Source of the DNA: Pseudomonadota bacterium
Lineage (GTDB): Bacteria > Bdellovibrionota_C > UBA2361 > OMII01
Assembly: GCA_038134595.1 (NCBI GenBank)
Contig: JAYPVM010000012.1
Span: 16,332 to 80,331 of the forward strand
Direction of reading: 5' to 3'
DNA: 64,000 nucleotides
Under the pieces are notes generated by a model. It was not told the origin of the DNA and ran no database searches. It saw only the letters and a program-made list of their open reading frames with translations. The number at the start of each line of letters is the position of its first letter. The stretch's first letter is position 1. Both the position numbers and the translations under genes were made by a program. Positions 1 through 9,434 of the stretch are shown piece after piece.

Positions 1-865
1 ATCAATACTCCCAACGCAACCCCAAGTTTGGTCGGGGCTCTCCGATTTATTGGGAAATCTTTGTTCGAATATTGGCTCGTTGCAGTAACTCAATTATGTT
101 TCTGGCAAGTCATTCTTTCAACAGCTCAAGATCCCTGGTAGACCCGCGCCAACCCCACACTATTTTCTCGACGCGAGGAAATTGAAGTTCCCTGTAAAGC
201 CATACCCTTTGATTTTACACCTAGCTATGCACTGTAGATGGTAAACGCTGGGTACTTCTAGCTCTATTTCTATATCACCTTACAAACTCAAACTTACTGA
301 TCTACACCAGAAGTTTCATTCTATTGAGAATCAACCCCGTCGTGTTTCTTGTGGTAGTCAATTGCCCGAGGTTCACCCTACACATAGAGCAAAAGTGGAG
401 TAAGAAGCGTCGCACCATCGCACCCGGAACGCTATTTCCACTCATTCCTAGTTTAGGATTATTGGCGCCAACACTCCAAGCATACACCGGTATTTTTGAT
501 TCTGTCCGACATCAACAACGCTTTCGGTATACCGGCCAGATTCAACTCGAAACACAACCCATCAAGAAGAAGAAGAAGATTCTCTTAAGCAATTTACCTG
601 CAAGATACTCTTAGTTGATAAAGAACATACAACAATTACCTAAAGCCATCACAGACCAGCTACGAGCTGGCATGCACACCGTTAGCTAGATGGATAGCCT
701 AGAAAGCTTCTGCCCTCCAAAGCTCTCCCAGAACATATATCCGTTCTTTATCTGGCAAAATATGAGCGATGGAGGGGCAAATAAAGAGGAGCCTCGTCAC
801 CCGCAGTTTGTGACACCAAAGAATAGCAAGGCTATGCGGAGCCAACCAAAGCTCTCTCCAGTTGG

Positions 866-3800
866 CTACGGCTTGTCTTCGACAGGAGGTACGGGTGCAG
901 GGGTTTTGTTAAGAGCGCCTTCAATTTTATCGAAATCATCCCGGTAACTGTGGTCATTGCCGTCAAGCTTATCCCAATTGCCCGCCAAAGAGGTAACGGT
1001 CCCGGCCGCTTCTCCAATCTTACCCATACCTTGCTTAAAGACTGTCTGAGGTCCTTCCTGCGGATCCGCATACCCTCCACCCCAAGCGCTTAAAACACTA
1101 CTTGAGCCGTTACGAGAAAGCCCTGCACCAGTAACGGCGTTTACGTTACTCTGGAAGCCAAATCCGCTGTAGCTTGCTCTACGTCTGTTACCGCCGCCTA
1201 GATTACCTGACATGGCAAGTCCGGTCATATCGGTTGGTTTTTGTCCAACAAGGCTTCCTGGATTTGCTCCATAAACTCCCGCAATACCTGAAACTTGAGA
1301 CCCCCACGCGTTTTTTGCCTCCCAAGCAGCAGATTGCGCTTCAAAATCTGCCGCACTTCCTAACCGCTGACCATACTGGGTAAGACCCTGTCCTCTCTGT
1401 GCTTGTTGACTACCCAGCCACGCAGCATCAACACCGGCTGCAGATGCGCCAATCGAGGATTCGAGGCCAGCTTGAGTAAGCTCATTTGCCTTGTAGTCCA
1501 TTCCCAATGCTCCCATGCGAGTTCCGACTCGGCCACCATACTTTAAGAATTCCATTCCGAGGCCCCCGGTTCCTGATCCTGTTCCTGATCCTGAATTACT
1601 CCCCCCCGCCATCGCGCTTCCAAGCCCCACAGCTGAATCAACAACCCCCCTGGCAGATCCATAAGATTTGCCTAGTGATTCCACCGCTCCCGCCCGCGCT
1701 CCAAGCGCACCTTGCGTATTCTTAATCCTCTCGCCCTCAAGCCCAGCATCAAGCGCTTGGTTCTGAGTGTCGAACATCTGTGCTGCAAGGCCAGATTTTC
1801 GGTATGATTTTGCGGTTGCTGCTTGGCCGATAGCTTGCCCCACCTGCCCGATTCTTTGGTTAGCCTCGCCCACAGCTCCTGACTTCGCTGCGCCTCCGGC
1901 TTCTTGTGCGTTTTGTCCGATGGCTTGTGTTGCAAGCGATGCCATGCCGGCTTTGGCGCCTAAGACTAATTGGCCTGTTACTGCTGGAACTGCGAAGTAG
2001 AGAGCTGCCATGATGTAGATGTAGTAGCCGTTTGCGAGATCTAGATCTGCTGCGCCCATGGCAGCAAAAGTTTTATCGAGTAGCGCCCATGCCATATCTG
2101 CATCTAGCTCACTTGCCTCTGTTACATTTGGTACTGGACAAAGCTCCTTAACATCGCCGCTCCCAGCCCCACCCGAGCAAGAAACTTGTATCTCACCAAC
2201 GTGATCTGCCGTTTGCAGGAGCATACTACCAGCTTGGGACATTGCGCTGCCGTTTCCAATCATCGCCCAGACACTCCGCTCTAGAGTGTGCACGATTGCA
2301 AATCCAACGTCCCATAATTTAATCCAAGCAAAGAAGGTCATCCAGGTATAGAACGCCTTCCATTGCCCCGGAATCACCATCATCATTGCGGCAAATGGAT
2401 ATCCGATAATAATTAAATACGCGAGGATTCCTTGAACGTGCGGCATCAAAACAGCCCAGTTGTACAACTCTCCTGCTTTCGCTGTGGAACCCTGTTCTCT
2501 AACATAGGCCTCGGTAAAGTTTCTAGCCTGCTCGGATGGCGCGAATCGCTGGGTTGTCTCAGTCAACTCGGGAGCAAACTGCAACTCATTTTTTAGCATG
2601 TACAGAAATATGAGCTGTTTTACAAACTTCTGCATCCCTGCGCTGTCTGCTACAGGTTGACCCTCGAGAGCCCGAATATCCCAACCATAAAATAAAGTCT
2701 GTATCATCTGATCGATATTAAATCCTCGTGGTGCCGCTCGGAGCATCTGCCAATATGCATGCCCGGATTCCCAGCGCAGTGCTTGGATAACGGTATACAA
2801 ATAGGCTCGACAAGGGATTTCAGTCGCAAATGATCTGTCCTTGAACTTTTCCATCTTTTTGGCGAAGGTTCCAAAAGAGCCCTGACCGGTCCCGCTAAGA
2901 ACGAGCCTCTTCACCGACCGTGGCGCAGGAATAGTCCCTTTGTGTTTAAGTAACTTACCAAGCTCCCCAACCGGGCTAAATGAGAGCCCATCTCTATCAA
3001 AGACGCCTGGCTCCCCCTTTTTCAGAACTGACTTGGGTAGACTATGTCCTCGGGATGACATCGCGGCCATGTAACGGCCGTCGTCTATGCCCTCCTTCAA
3101 GCCCTCTCCACATTCAGAGGCCAAAAAGGTTACCAATGCATCCCGTACATCCGGATCTTTGGCCTTAGCACCGACTATATTTTGTAAGAGTCCCCACTTA
3201 GCATTTGCCATCAAATGCCAAGGGCCATCCGCCCCTCCGGACACCTCAGCTAAGTTGCTATCTGTCTTACCGGTACCGCGCTGGTTGCCAATTCCTACAA
3301 AGGCGACAAGCACGTTTGTAGTTGTGCTAAAGAGTTGATCTAAAAATACTAGCCCCTGCCCTACTTCAAGATTATAAGCCCCATGCCCTATCATCTTGCT
3401 GTACTCCTGTGCACGAGAACCCTCCTGCGCCCAAGAAGTATTAACAATCCCTACCTCAGCGTTTTTCCACACCTCCTCCATATCCATCTCTTCGCCAGCA
3501 ACGCGCCAGCTGACGCCGTAGATACTAGCGTTGTCCAATGGCGTAATTAAGAAGTAGAAGATAGGTGGTCCCATAAAGAACCATGCATAATTTCTGGGCG
3601 GATTATTTAGGGCAACCGATATCAATCCACCAATAGCTGCTACTGCGTACAGGAGCGGTGCCCATGCTCCAAATTCTGTTTCGGTCACCAACCTAATAAA
3701 ATCTGAATGAGTCACGTATGCAATGTTGGCCCAAGCTGTCGTAATCATATTGTAGAATGAGCCCGGACAACTACTCTCCGAGCACTGGACATTAAAGAAA

Positions 3801-3892
3801 GTAGTGGTGTCAGCAACTAGCGCTGCAATAGGAGTCACCCAAGCCATTATGCTAGAGAGAAGTATTTCTACTATTGCTCTACACGGCTCCAT
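866..3892 (-). CDS. TraG-like (F-type T4SS mating-pair stabilisation, TraG_N-like) membrane protein with Gly/Ala-rich C-terminal region
   Basis: 1008 aa. N-terminal TM segments, a large periplasmic-type region with paired Cys, then a TraG_N-like TM block (PHVQGILAYLIIIGYPFAAMMMVIPGQWKAFYTWMTFFAWIKLWD) and about 350 aa of Gly/Ala/Ser-rich tail. Last gene of a traF-traH-traG-like order. Confidence 0.68.
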   Translation of the reverse strand: MEPCRAIVEILLSSIMAWVTPIAALVADTTTFFNVQCSESSCPGSFYNMITTAWANIAYVTHSDFIRLVTETEFGAWAPLLYAVAAIGGLISVALNNPPRNYAWFFMGPPIFYFLITPLDNASIYGVSWRVAGEEMDMEEVWKNAEVGIVNTSWAQEGSRAQEYSKMIGHGAYNLEVGQGLVFLDQLFSTTTNVLVAFVGIGNQRGTGKTDSNLAEVSGGADGPWHLMANAKWGLLQNIVGAKAKDPDVRDALVTFLASECGEGLKEGIDDGRYMAAMSSRGHSLPKSVLKKGEPGVFDRDGLSFSPVGELGKLLKHKGTIPAPRSVKRLVLSGTGQGSFGTFAKKMEKFKDRSFATEIPCRAYLYTVIQALRWESGHAYWQMLRAAPRGFNIDQMIQTLFYGWDIRALEGQPVADSAGMQKFVKQLIFLYMLKNELQFAPELTETTQRFAPSEQARNFTEAYVREQGSTAKAGELYNWAVLMPHVQGILAYLIIIGYPFAAMMMVIPGQWKAFYTWMTFFAWIKLWDVGFAIVHTLERSVWAMIGNGSAMSQAGSMLLQTADHVGEIQVSCSGGAGSGDVKELCPVPNVTEASELDADMAWALLDKTFAAMGAADLDLANGYYIYIMAALYFAVPAVTGQLVLGAKAGMASLATQAIGQNAQEAGGAAKSGAVGEANQRIGQVGQAIGQAATAKSYRKSGLAAQMFDTQNQALDAGLEGERIKNTQGALGARAGAVESLGKSYGSARGVVDSAVGLGSAMAGGSNSGSGTGSGTGGLGMEFLKYGGRVGTRMGALGMDYKANELTQAGLESSIGASAAGVDAAWLGSQQAQRGQGLTQYGQRLGSAADFEAQSAAWEAKNAWGSQVSGIAGVYGANPGSLVGQKPTDMTGLAMSGNLGGGNRRRASYSGFGFQSNVNAVTGAGLSRNGSSSVLSAWGGGYADPQEGPQTVFKQGMGKIGEAAGTVTSLAGNWDKLDGNDHSYRDDFDKIEGALNKTPAPVPPVEDKP

Positions 3893-3910
3893 CTCGCTCC
3901 TCTCTCATCT

Positions 3911-5515
3911 CTAACTACCCGCACCAATACCGCCCGAGGTTGAGCCTGAGCCAGGCTTGAACACCGAGCTACCGCCCTGACCATCCGCAAATTTACCAAA
4001 CTTATCTAAGAAGGTCTGATATGCCCTACTAGTTGCTTCCATCCGACTCTCGAATTCGCTAATGGCATGACATGATGGCCCTAGCTGCACTTGCTCACAG
4101 ATGAGCCTATTGGTTTGGGTAGCAACATCTTCACTCACTCTAACCGCTCGCGTCATGGCCACATACGAAAGGTCTCGATAAAACCAGTCCGTTTTGTGCT
4201 GCGCGATAAATCGAGCCGTCAAACCTAGTATCTGCTTAGCGATACACGTCTCCCCACTGCTATTTGTACTGCAGTCGTCATATTGTCCTTTGGACTGATC
4301 GGCTTGAATTTCTGTCAAACCTGGAATCTCTCCGTTCTTATCGAAAGTATTACAATCAAATTCGGAAAGATCTTGATCGACGACGGCTAATTTGAAGAAA
4401 GCTTCGATGAAATTAACTGAAACTCCGATATCTCTGCTCTGGATTTTGGTCCATTGCTTTAATTTAATCTTGACACTCGCTCTGTCTTCATCCTCTAAAG
4501 CAACTTCTTGCGCATTTTTCTTGAATTCACAGACATCCTTCACACTCTGATTAAGCCCCTTCCACGCTTTCTTGGTGAGCTTAAACAGCTTGACCCGATA
4601 TGCCCGTAATTCTTTATCGCGGTTCCATTTGTTGTCATTCTCTTTCGCTTTTGTTGGCTGAACTGGCTCATACTTATACGACACAGAACCGTCTTTAGGC
4701 TCATTAGCAGTCAGTTTAAGATCACCAACATACTCCTTAAAATCAGTCTTAAACTTGTTTAGGTCTTGATCTTCCTTAAACAGAATGTCGGAGAGCAAAT
4801 ACTCCTCGCTGTCTTTATTTAATTCGTCTTTTACTAGCTCCTTTATTCCACTACCCACTTCATTTTGATGTTTTTGGAACGATTTGAATTCGTTCGCAGG
4901 CTTGTCTTCGACATGTTGATCGCCAGAAGCATAAATTAGAGCTGCTGGCCAAACGCCCTTATTCTGCTCTTTCAAAGAGTCATACACCGCTAGCGCATAA
5001 GCTCTCTTGTGGCTGTTGTTAGATTCTACCGCATCGAACATCTCCATTTGAAACTGTTGCGATTGAATAGTATTACCAAGTAGGTTACTAACTGAGTTCA
5101 TCGAACCGATAAAGCCTGTGGCAGCCCCGTTTTCTACCATCATCATAGTCTGAAACATGACGGGAACCGGTTCGGTTATCAGTTCTTTGAAAACATCCTT
5201 AATTACCTTCGAGCCACTAAACTGCTTAAAGCCCGTGATCGGAGCAAACTTCGATATCTTTACATCTGGCTGAGTGCCGAAAACCTGCGGATTATACGGG
5301 TCAACTTGAGGCACGAACCAAGGCGCATGGTGAGCTCCCTGCAAACCATTACCGAGAAGAGCCGCATTCTGTTTCGCGATCTTATCGTGTAATTCGTCTA
5401 TGTTTGAGCTCTCGTCATCGCCACTTGCGGACTGCGCGAAAACACACTCAATCCGCGCCACTGCAAGGATTAGGAATAAAAAATATAGCATACTAAAACG
5501 CAGGGCACTCTTCAT
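3911..5515 (-). CDS. Secreted protein, putative TraH-like pilus assembly protein
   Basis: 534 aa with signal peptide (…ECVFAQ), several Cys and a helical C-terminus. Lies between the TraF-like and TraG-like genes with 1-nt and 18-nt gaps. Similarity to TraH is weak and judged by eye. Confidence 0.42.
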   Translation of the reverse strand: MKSALRFSMLYFLFLILAVARIECVFAQSASGDDESSNIDELHDKIAKQNAALLGNGLQGAHHAPWFVPQVDPYNPQVFGTQPDVKISKFAPITGFKQFSGSKVIKDVFKELITEPVPVMFQTMMMVENGAATGFIGSMNSVSNLLGNTIQSQQFQMEMFDAVESNNSHKRAYALAVYDSLKEQNKGVWPAALIYASGDQHVEDKPANEFKSFQKHQNEVGSGIKELVKDELNKDSEEYLLSDILFKEDQDLNKFKTDFKEYVGDLKLTANEPKDGSVSYKYEPVQPTKAKENDNKWNRDKELRAYRVKLFKLTKKAWKGLNQSVKDVCEFKKNAQEVALEDEDRASVKIKLKQWTKIQSRDIGVSVNFIEAFFKLAVVDQDLSEFDCNTFDKNGEIPGLTEIQADQSKGQYDDCSTNSSGETCIAKQILGLTARFIAQHKTDWFYRDLSYVAMTRAVRVSEDVATQTNRLICEQVQLGPSCHAISEFESRMEATSRAYQTFLDKFGKFADGQGGSSVFKPGSGSTSGGIGAGS

Positions 5516-5516
5516 C

Positions 5517-6596
5517 CTACCTCCCCCCCTGCATAACTTTTAAGATTCGTAGTGTTTCTTCCACTGTGGGCACTCCTTTCACTCGGTAGGTTTGTTGGGT
5601 TGTGGCGGCAACAAACACAATTGTCGGGTATCTTTGTATCCGCAGTTTGAGGGCGAGTGCTTCACCGTTAACTAGCCGAAATGGAAAAGAAGTTTCGGCA
5701 CTTTTTAGCTCTAATCCCTTTTTGTTGTATGTTCGGCGGGTTAGGCCCACAACATCTAACCCCTTGATTTCACTAAGAGGCTCTTGCAGGGCTTTAAGAG
5801 ATTCCACTACTTCGTGTGCTTTATAGTGCCTGGCATCAAAGAATATCAATACTTTAACCTTTCCTTCGGGGTCTACGGGGATGGGCAATGCTGGTTCTTG
5901 CTTAAGGGTTGCTTCGAGGGTTTTGGAAGCATCTTGGTCGAGGGTAAGTTCAGAGCCGTCTAGATTTACAGCCTTTGAGAGCTCCTCTCTACGGGTTTTC
6001 TCCATGAGTTCTTTAAGCTCTTCTCGCACTGGGTCAAGGGGTTGTCCCTCTTTGGGAGCGGCGGCTGGTGGTCTCATTCCGAGTGCTTCCATTGCGAGCA
6101 TCTGATAATCGGTGGCTTTTGAGACGACTGATTGCATCTCTACTTGGCGTTTTGCAAGCGCTAGTGCGTAGCCCCACGCAAGTTCTTTGTCGTTTGCGTT
6201 TATGGCGGCAAATAGCCCCTGCATGGCTGGAGGCGAGTCTTTTTGTGCTTTGATAAGCTGCGGGTTATCGGGTGAACCAAACTGAGCGAGTATATCCTCG
6301 CGAGTCATCGGCGTAGGTGGGCCTTTTGGCAGACGCTCGTTTTCAGCCGTTTTTTCAGGGCTTTCAGGTGGTTCTTGAAATCTCTGTTCTGGTGGAATTG
6401 GTTTCTGCTTTTTTGTTACGTCGTGGTAGACGATTGATTCAGAGGAGTTTGGATGAACGTTTCCAAACATGTCTTGGGCGTCTCCTTTGGCCCAGAAGCC
6501 TTTTACTTCAGACGCTCCGGTTTGGGCGAATACGTGCACAGACGACGTTGTCGCCACCAATAGGTGCACTGAAAGTAAAACCGCTCTAAACCGCAT
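5517..6596 (-). CDS. Secreted protein with C-terminal thioredoxin-like fold lacking CxxC (TraF/TrbB-like)
   Basis: Signal peptide from ATG 6596 (MRFRAVLLSVHLLVATTSSVHVFAQ). The C-terminus (VKVLIFFDARHYKAHEVVESL…LALKLRIQRYPTIVFV) has thioredoxin-fold character with a cis-Pro YPT motif and no CxxC. The ORF track extends it to 6629. Confidence 0.5.
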   Translation of the reverse strand: MRFRAVLLSVHLLVATTSSVHVFAQTGASEVKGFWAKGDAQDMFGNVHPNSSESIVYHDVTKKQKPIPPEQRFQEPPESPEKTAENERLPKGPPTPMTREDILAQFGSPDNPQLIKAQKDSPPAMQGLFAAINANDKELAWGYALALAKRQVEMQSVVSKATDYQMLAMEALGMRPPAAAPKEGQPLDPVREELKELMEKTRREELSKAVNLDGSELTLDQDASKTLEATLKQEPALPIPVDPEGKVKVLIFFDARHYKAHEVVESLKALQEPLSEIKGLDVVGLTRRTYNKKGLELKSAETSFPFRLVNGEALALKLRIQRYPTIVFVAATTQQTYRVKGVPTVEETLRILKVMQGGR

Positions 6597-6920
6597 TGTG
6601 AAACCGCTCTTCCTTCTATTATCCCCCAAAAACCCTTTTGGGGTCTATTAAAGGTATGAATCGTTCAAACTGCTGTGTGACTTAAGGAGGTTGTTTTCGT
6701 AATTAGGTGGAAGCAACAGTATGGCGTAATTACAGCGGGTTACACGACAGTAGATTGTTTTCTATTGTTTTTTCGCTTTTTTCTGGTGGTTTTCACCATT
6801 TTTTTAAACGTTGCACGTAGAGGTTATGAGGCGGGTGGAGTTTGGTAAGAATCGCTTTACTGATACACTCTCGAAACAGAGCACGTGTTTTGTTGTTAGT
6901 AACGTGCGAACAGGAGCGTT

Positions 6921-7448
6921 ATGAGAGAGTCAGTAACACCAAAGAGCGGTCGTGAAGAGCGGTCATTTTTTTCAGAGGCTGTTTGCCAATTAAGTCAACT
7001 TGTTTTGGGTCAAAGATCTCGAGCTGAGTATATCCAAGAGACCCTAAAAGATCTGTCTGGCATTGGGTGGGAACCTAGTGACAGTACGGTTTTTCCCGGC
7101 TTTAAGACAGTACTCACCACTATGCCGTCACAGGTGAATAGGCTCCGACAAAGTATCCACCGTACGCTGCAAAACTCCGGTGTTCCATCGTTTACTAGCC
7201 AATCCTACGTTGTAAATAGGGATGCTGGTCACGGTCAAAAAGTGGTTTCCGGTGATTATTTCCGGCCCGAAACCCCTGTCGTTTTGGCGTTAACGGTTGG
7301 TTGGCGCCATGGCCCTCCAAGTGAAGAATCTACGGCTAATTGCTCTTATGATGGGGCAGATCGACCTCTACTCACAGTCGATATCGATATCGCAGAAAGG
7401 ATAGGCAGAGTTGTTCGTCGGTGTCGTAAGGCAAACGAATGTGTATAA
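6921..7448 (+). CDS. Hypothetical protein
   Basis: 175-aa ORF with AGGAG RBS upstream; no recognised motif. Confidence 0.6.
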   Translation: MRESVTPKSGREERSFFSEAVCQLSQLVLGQRSRAEYIQETLKDLSGIGWEPSDSTVFPGFKTVLTTMPSQVNRLRQSIHRTLQNSGVPSFTSQSYVVNRDAGHGQKVVSGDYFRPETPVVLALTVGWRHGPPSEESTANCSYDGADRPLLTVDIDIAERIGRVVRRCRKANECV

Positions 7449-7484
7449 CGTGCTTAGAATACCTATAGCGATAAGGATATAAGG

Positions 7485-8081
7485 ATGGCAGACATGAATC
7501 CTGATCAACAAGATAAGCGGGCCGAAGAAAAAAAGCCTTCTGGCATTTTAGGTTTATTTCAACAAGCCTGCATAACGCTTCGGCAAGGGTCTCTTCCAGC
7601 GATTCCCGAGGAGGCAGAAACGGTAGAAAACTTCGCTCAAGACCTCAATAAATTAGTCGCCATTGACTGGACGTTTGTTCCCGAATCAAATTCTATAACT
7701 GTACTTATTGCACTCAATAAGCCTGATTTTCGCCTTCAAAACGAGCTTAATCCTCGCTCATTGTGCGGAACAGGCGCCTTCAACGATCTCTACAAAAAAA
7801 TTCCCCTTCCGCCCTACGTCCATTTAACCCACACACATCATCCAGCTGATCAGATAAGCTGTCCTGCTGATTGTGATGTAACACGATTTATGCGGCTGGC
7901 TTTTACAATCGACACAAATCACCCGACATACTGTCCCGGTATAACACGTGCGATATTTGAAGACATATCCGAGAAGCTAAAGCTGTATACTGATCGTTTC
8001 AAAACACTTCACTCTCGCAAAAAGATTCCTACTGAAGCCTACGATGTATTGTTGCAAGATCCCGCGCTTTACTCGCTTTAA
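7485..8081 (+). CDS. Hypothetical protein
   Basis: 198-aa ORF with AAGGA RBS, converging on the OsmC-family gene; no recognised motif. Confidence 0.65.
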   Translation: MADMNPDQQDKRAEEKKPSGILGLFQQACITLRQGSLPAIPEEAETVENFAQDLNKLVAIDWTFVPESNSITVLIALNKPDFRLQNELNPRSLCGTGAFNDLYKKIPLPPYVHLTHTHHPADQISCPADCDVTRFMRLAFTIDTNHPTYCPGITRAIFEDISEKLKLYTDRFKTLHSRKKIPTEAYDVLLQDPALYSL

Positions 8082-8087
8082 GGCGAG

Positions 8088-8501
8088 CTACAGATCGTAT
8101 CGATACGTAAGCACTACCTCTGTATCAGGGTGAAGCGTTGCTTTGACTGGACACAAGCTTCCTGCTCGTTCTAGTTTGGCTCTCTCGGGAGCAGTTTCGA
8201 GATCGCGGGGAAGATGAATCTCAAGGTCAAGCCTTGCGATTCTTCGTGGATCTGTTGCCATGTGCTTTTCAACACGCATTGTCATGCTGGGAATCTTTAT
8301 CTCACTTCGCTCAGCTACGATGGCAATGGTGGTCATCACACACGATCCGAGCGCAGACCCAACGAGATCAGTTGGTGAGAAGGCTAGCCCCTCTCCCCCG
8401 TTATCAACGGGAGCGTCGGTCAGAAAAACTGAGCCTGATGGCTCGTGCTTTAGCTGTACGTTTTTTCCTCCAAGGTATCGTCCAGTTACCACTACGCTCA
8501 T
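8088..8501 (-). CDS. OsmC/Ohr family protein
   Basis: TDAPVDNGG…FSPTDL…ALGSC and LCPV, the two conserved Cys motifs. Confidence 0.92.
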   Translation of the reverse strand: MSVVVTGRYLGGKNVQLKHEPSGSVFLTDAPVDNGGEGLAFSPTDLVGSALGSCVMTTIAIVAERSEIKIPSMTMRVEKHMATDPRRIARLDLEIHLPRDLETAPERAKLERAGSLCPVKATLHPDTEVVLTYRYDL

Positions 8502-8513
8502 ATTCTCCCTCTC

Positions 8514-9347
8514 CTAGAATGCTTCATCGAAATCGTCATCAAAGTCATCGTCTAGCTCCTCAGCTAGCTCGTCTTCAATTGCTTGTTGTTCGTCAGTGTT
8601 GTTTGCAAGCTCACTCATCTCAGCTCCATCGGTAACAACTCCGTGTCGATATTGATAGTAGGCTCCTTGCGTAAAGAGGTAGTAATCAAGGGAGCTTTCT
8701 TTTGCTGTCTCTACGGCTTGAATGAGTCCGGCTCGGGTGCTTACGAGTTTTACGCCGAGTGCGGTTGCTGATACTGCTAATTTTGTCGCTGATGATGCTG
8801 ACGAGTAATATATCCAGCCAATCGGATCTAAAAATCCATCAATGATACGCCCTACACCGTCTCGGACGTTTGATGGACCCAAAATAGGAAGCATAAGATA
8901 CGGTCCCGCTGGTACCCCGTGATATGCGAGCGCTGTTCCAAAGTCCTCTTCATGGTCGGGGAGCCCGATGTCTTCTGCTACATCGACTAGTCCTACGATA
9001 CCCACGGTTGTGTTGACTATAAACCTTCCTGTATGTTCGAGTGCTTGCTCAAATTTACCCTGAAGTATGTCACTAACAAGGTATGAGGGGTACCGAAGGT
9101 TAAGAAAGAAGTTGGTAATACCTGTTTGCATGAAATCGGGGACGTTTCTTCGATATGCTCGGCTGACTGGCTCAATGGCATGGACATCAAGGGTGTCATT
9201 AAAACTAAAGATCTTTCTATTCACAGATTCGAGTGGATCGTAAGGCTGTTCAGCCTCTCCATATGCACTCAAAGGGATAGTGAGAGTAGCGGCGCTTAGC
9301 ACGGCGCTAAACACTATCTTTCTTACGGCTTTTTGTAACGGTTTCAT
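8514..9347 (-). CDS. mlaA: MlaA/VacJ family outer-membrane lipid asymmetry protein
   Basis: YDPLESVNRKIFSFND, RFIVNTTVGIVGLVDVA, EDFGTAL…GPYLMLPILGPSNVRD. Likely start ATG 9347; no lipobox Cys after that start; acidic C-terminal tail. Confidence 0.9.
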   Translation of the reverse strand: MKPLQKAVRKIVFSAVLSAATLTIPLSAYGEAEQPYDPLESVNRKIFSFNDTLDVHAIEPVSRAYRRNVPDFMQTGITNFFLNLRYPSYLVSDILQGKFEQALEHTGRFIVNTTVGIVGLVDVAEDIGLPDHEEDFGTALAYHGVPAGPYLMLPILGPSNVRDGVGRIIDGFLDPIGWIYYSSASSATKLAVSATALGVKLVSTRAGLIQAVETAKESSLDYYLFTQGAYYQYRHGVVTDGAEMSELANNTDEQQAIEDELAEELDDDFDDDFDEAF

Positions 9348-9434
9348 AGCACCTACCTTGCCTTTATGCGGGTTCTTCTTGGCTCTATTTTCGTTACAAC
9401 AACTAGACTTGGCCATCTGCAGTTTTATCCTTTT

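Noticed and set aside
1..865. Short ORFs (302-487, 324-614, 690-947) and an AAG run at about 563-579 downstream of the traG-like gene
   Set aside because: No clear RBS or motif support and the frames conflict, so I cannot support a gene or an entry-exclusion call.
1570..1593. Short tandem repeat CCTGATCCTGTTCCTGATCCTG
   Set aside because: It only encodes the GSGTGSG linker within the TraG-like protein and is not an independent element.
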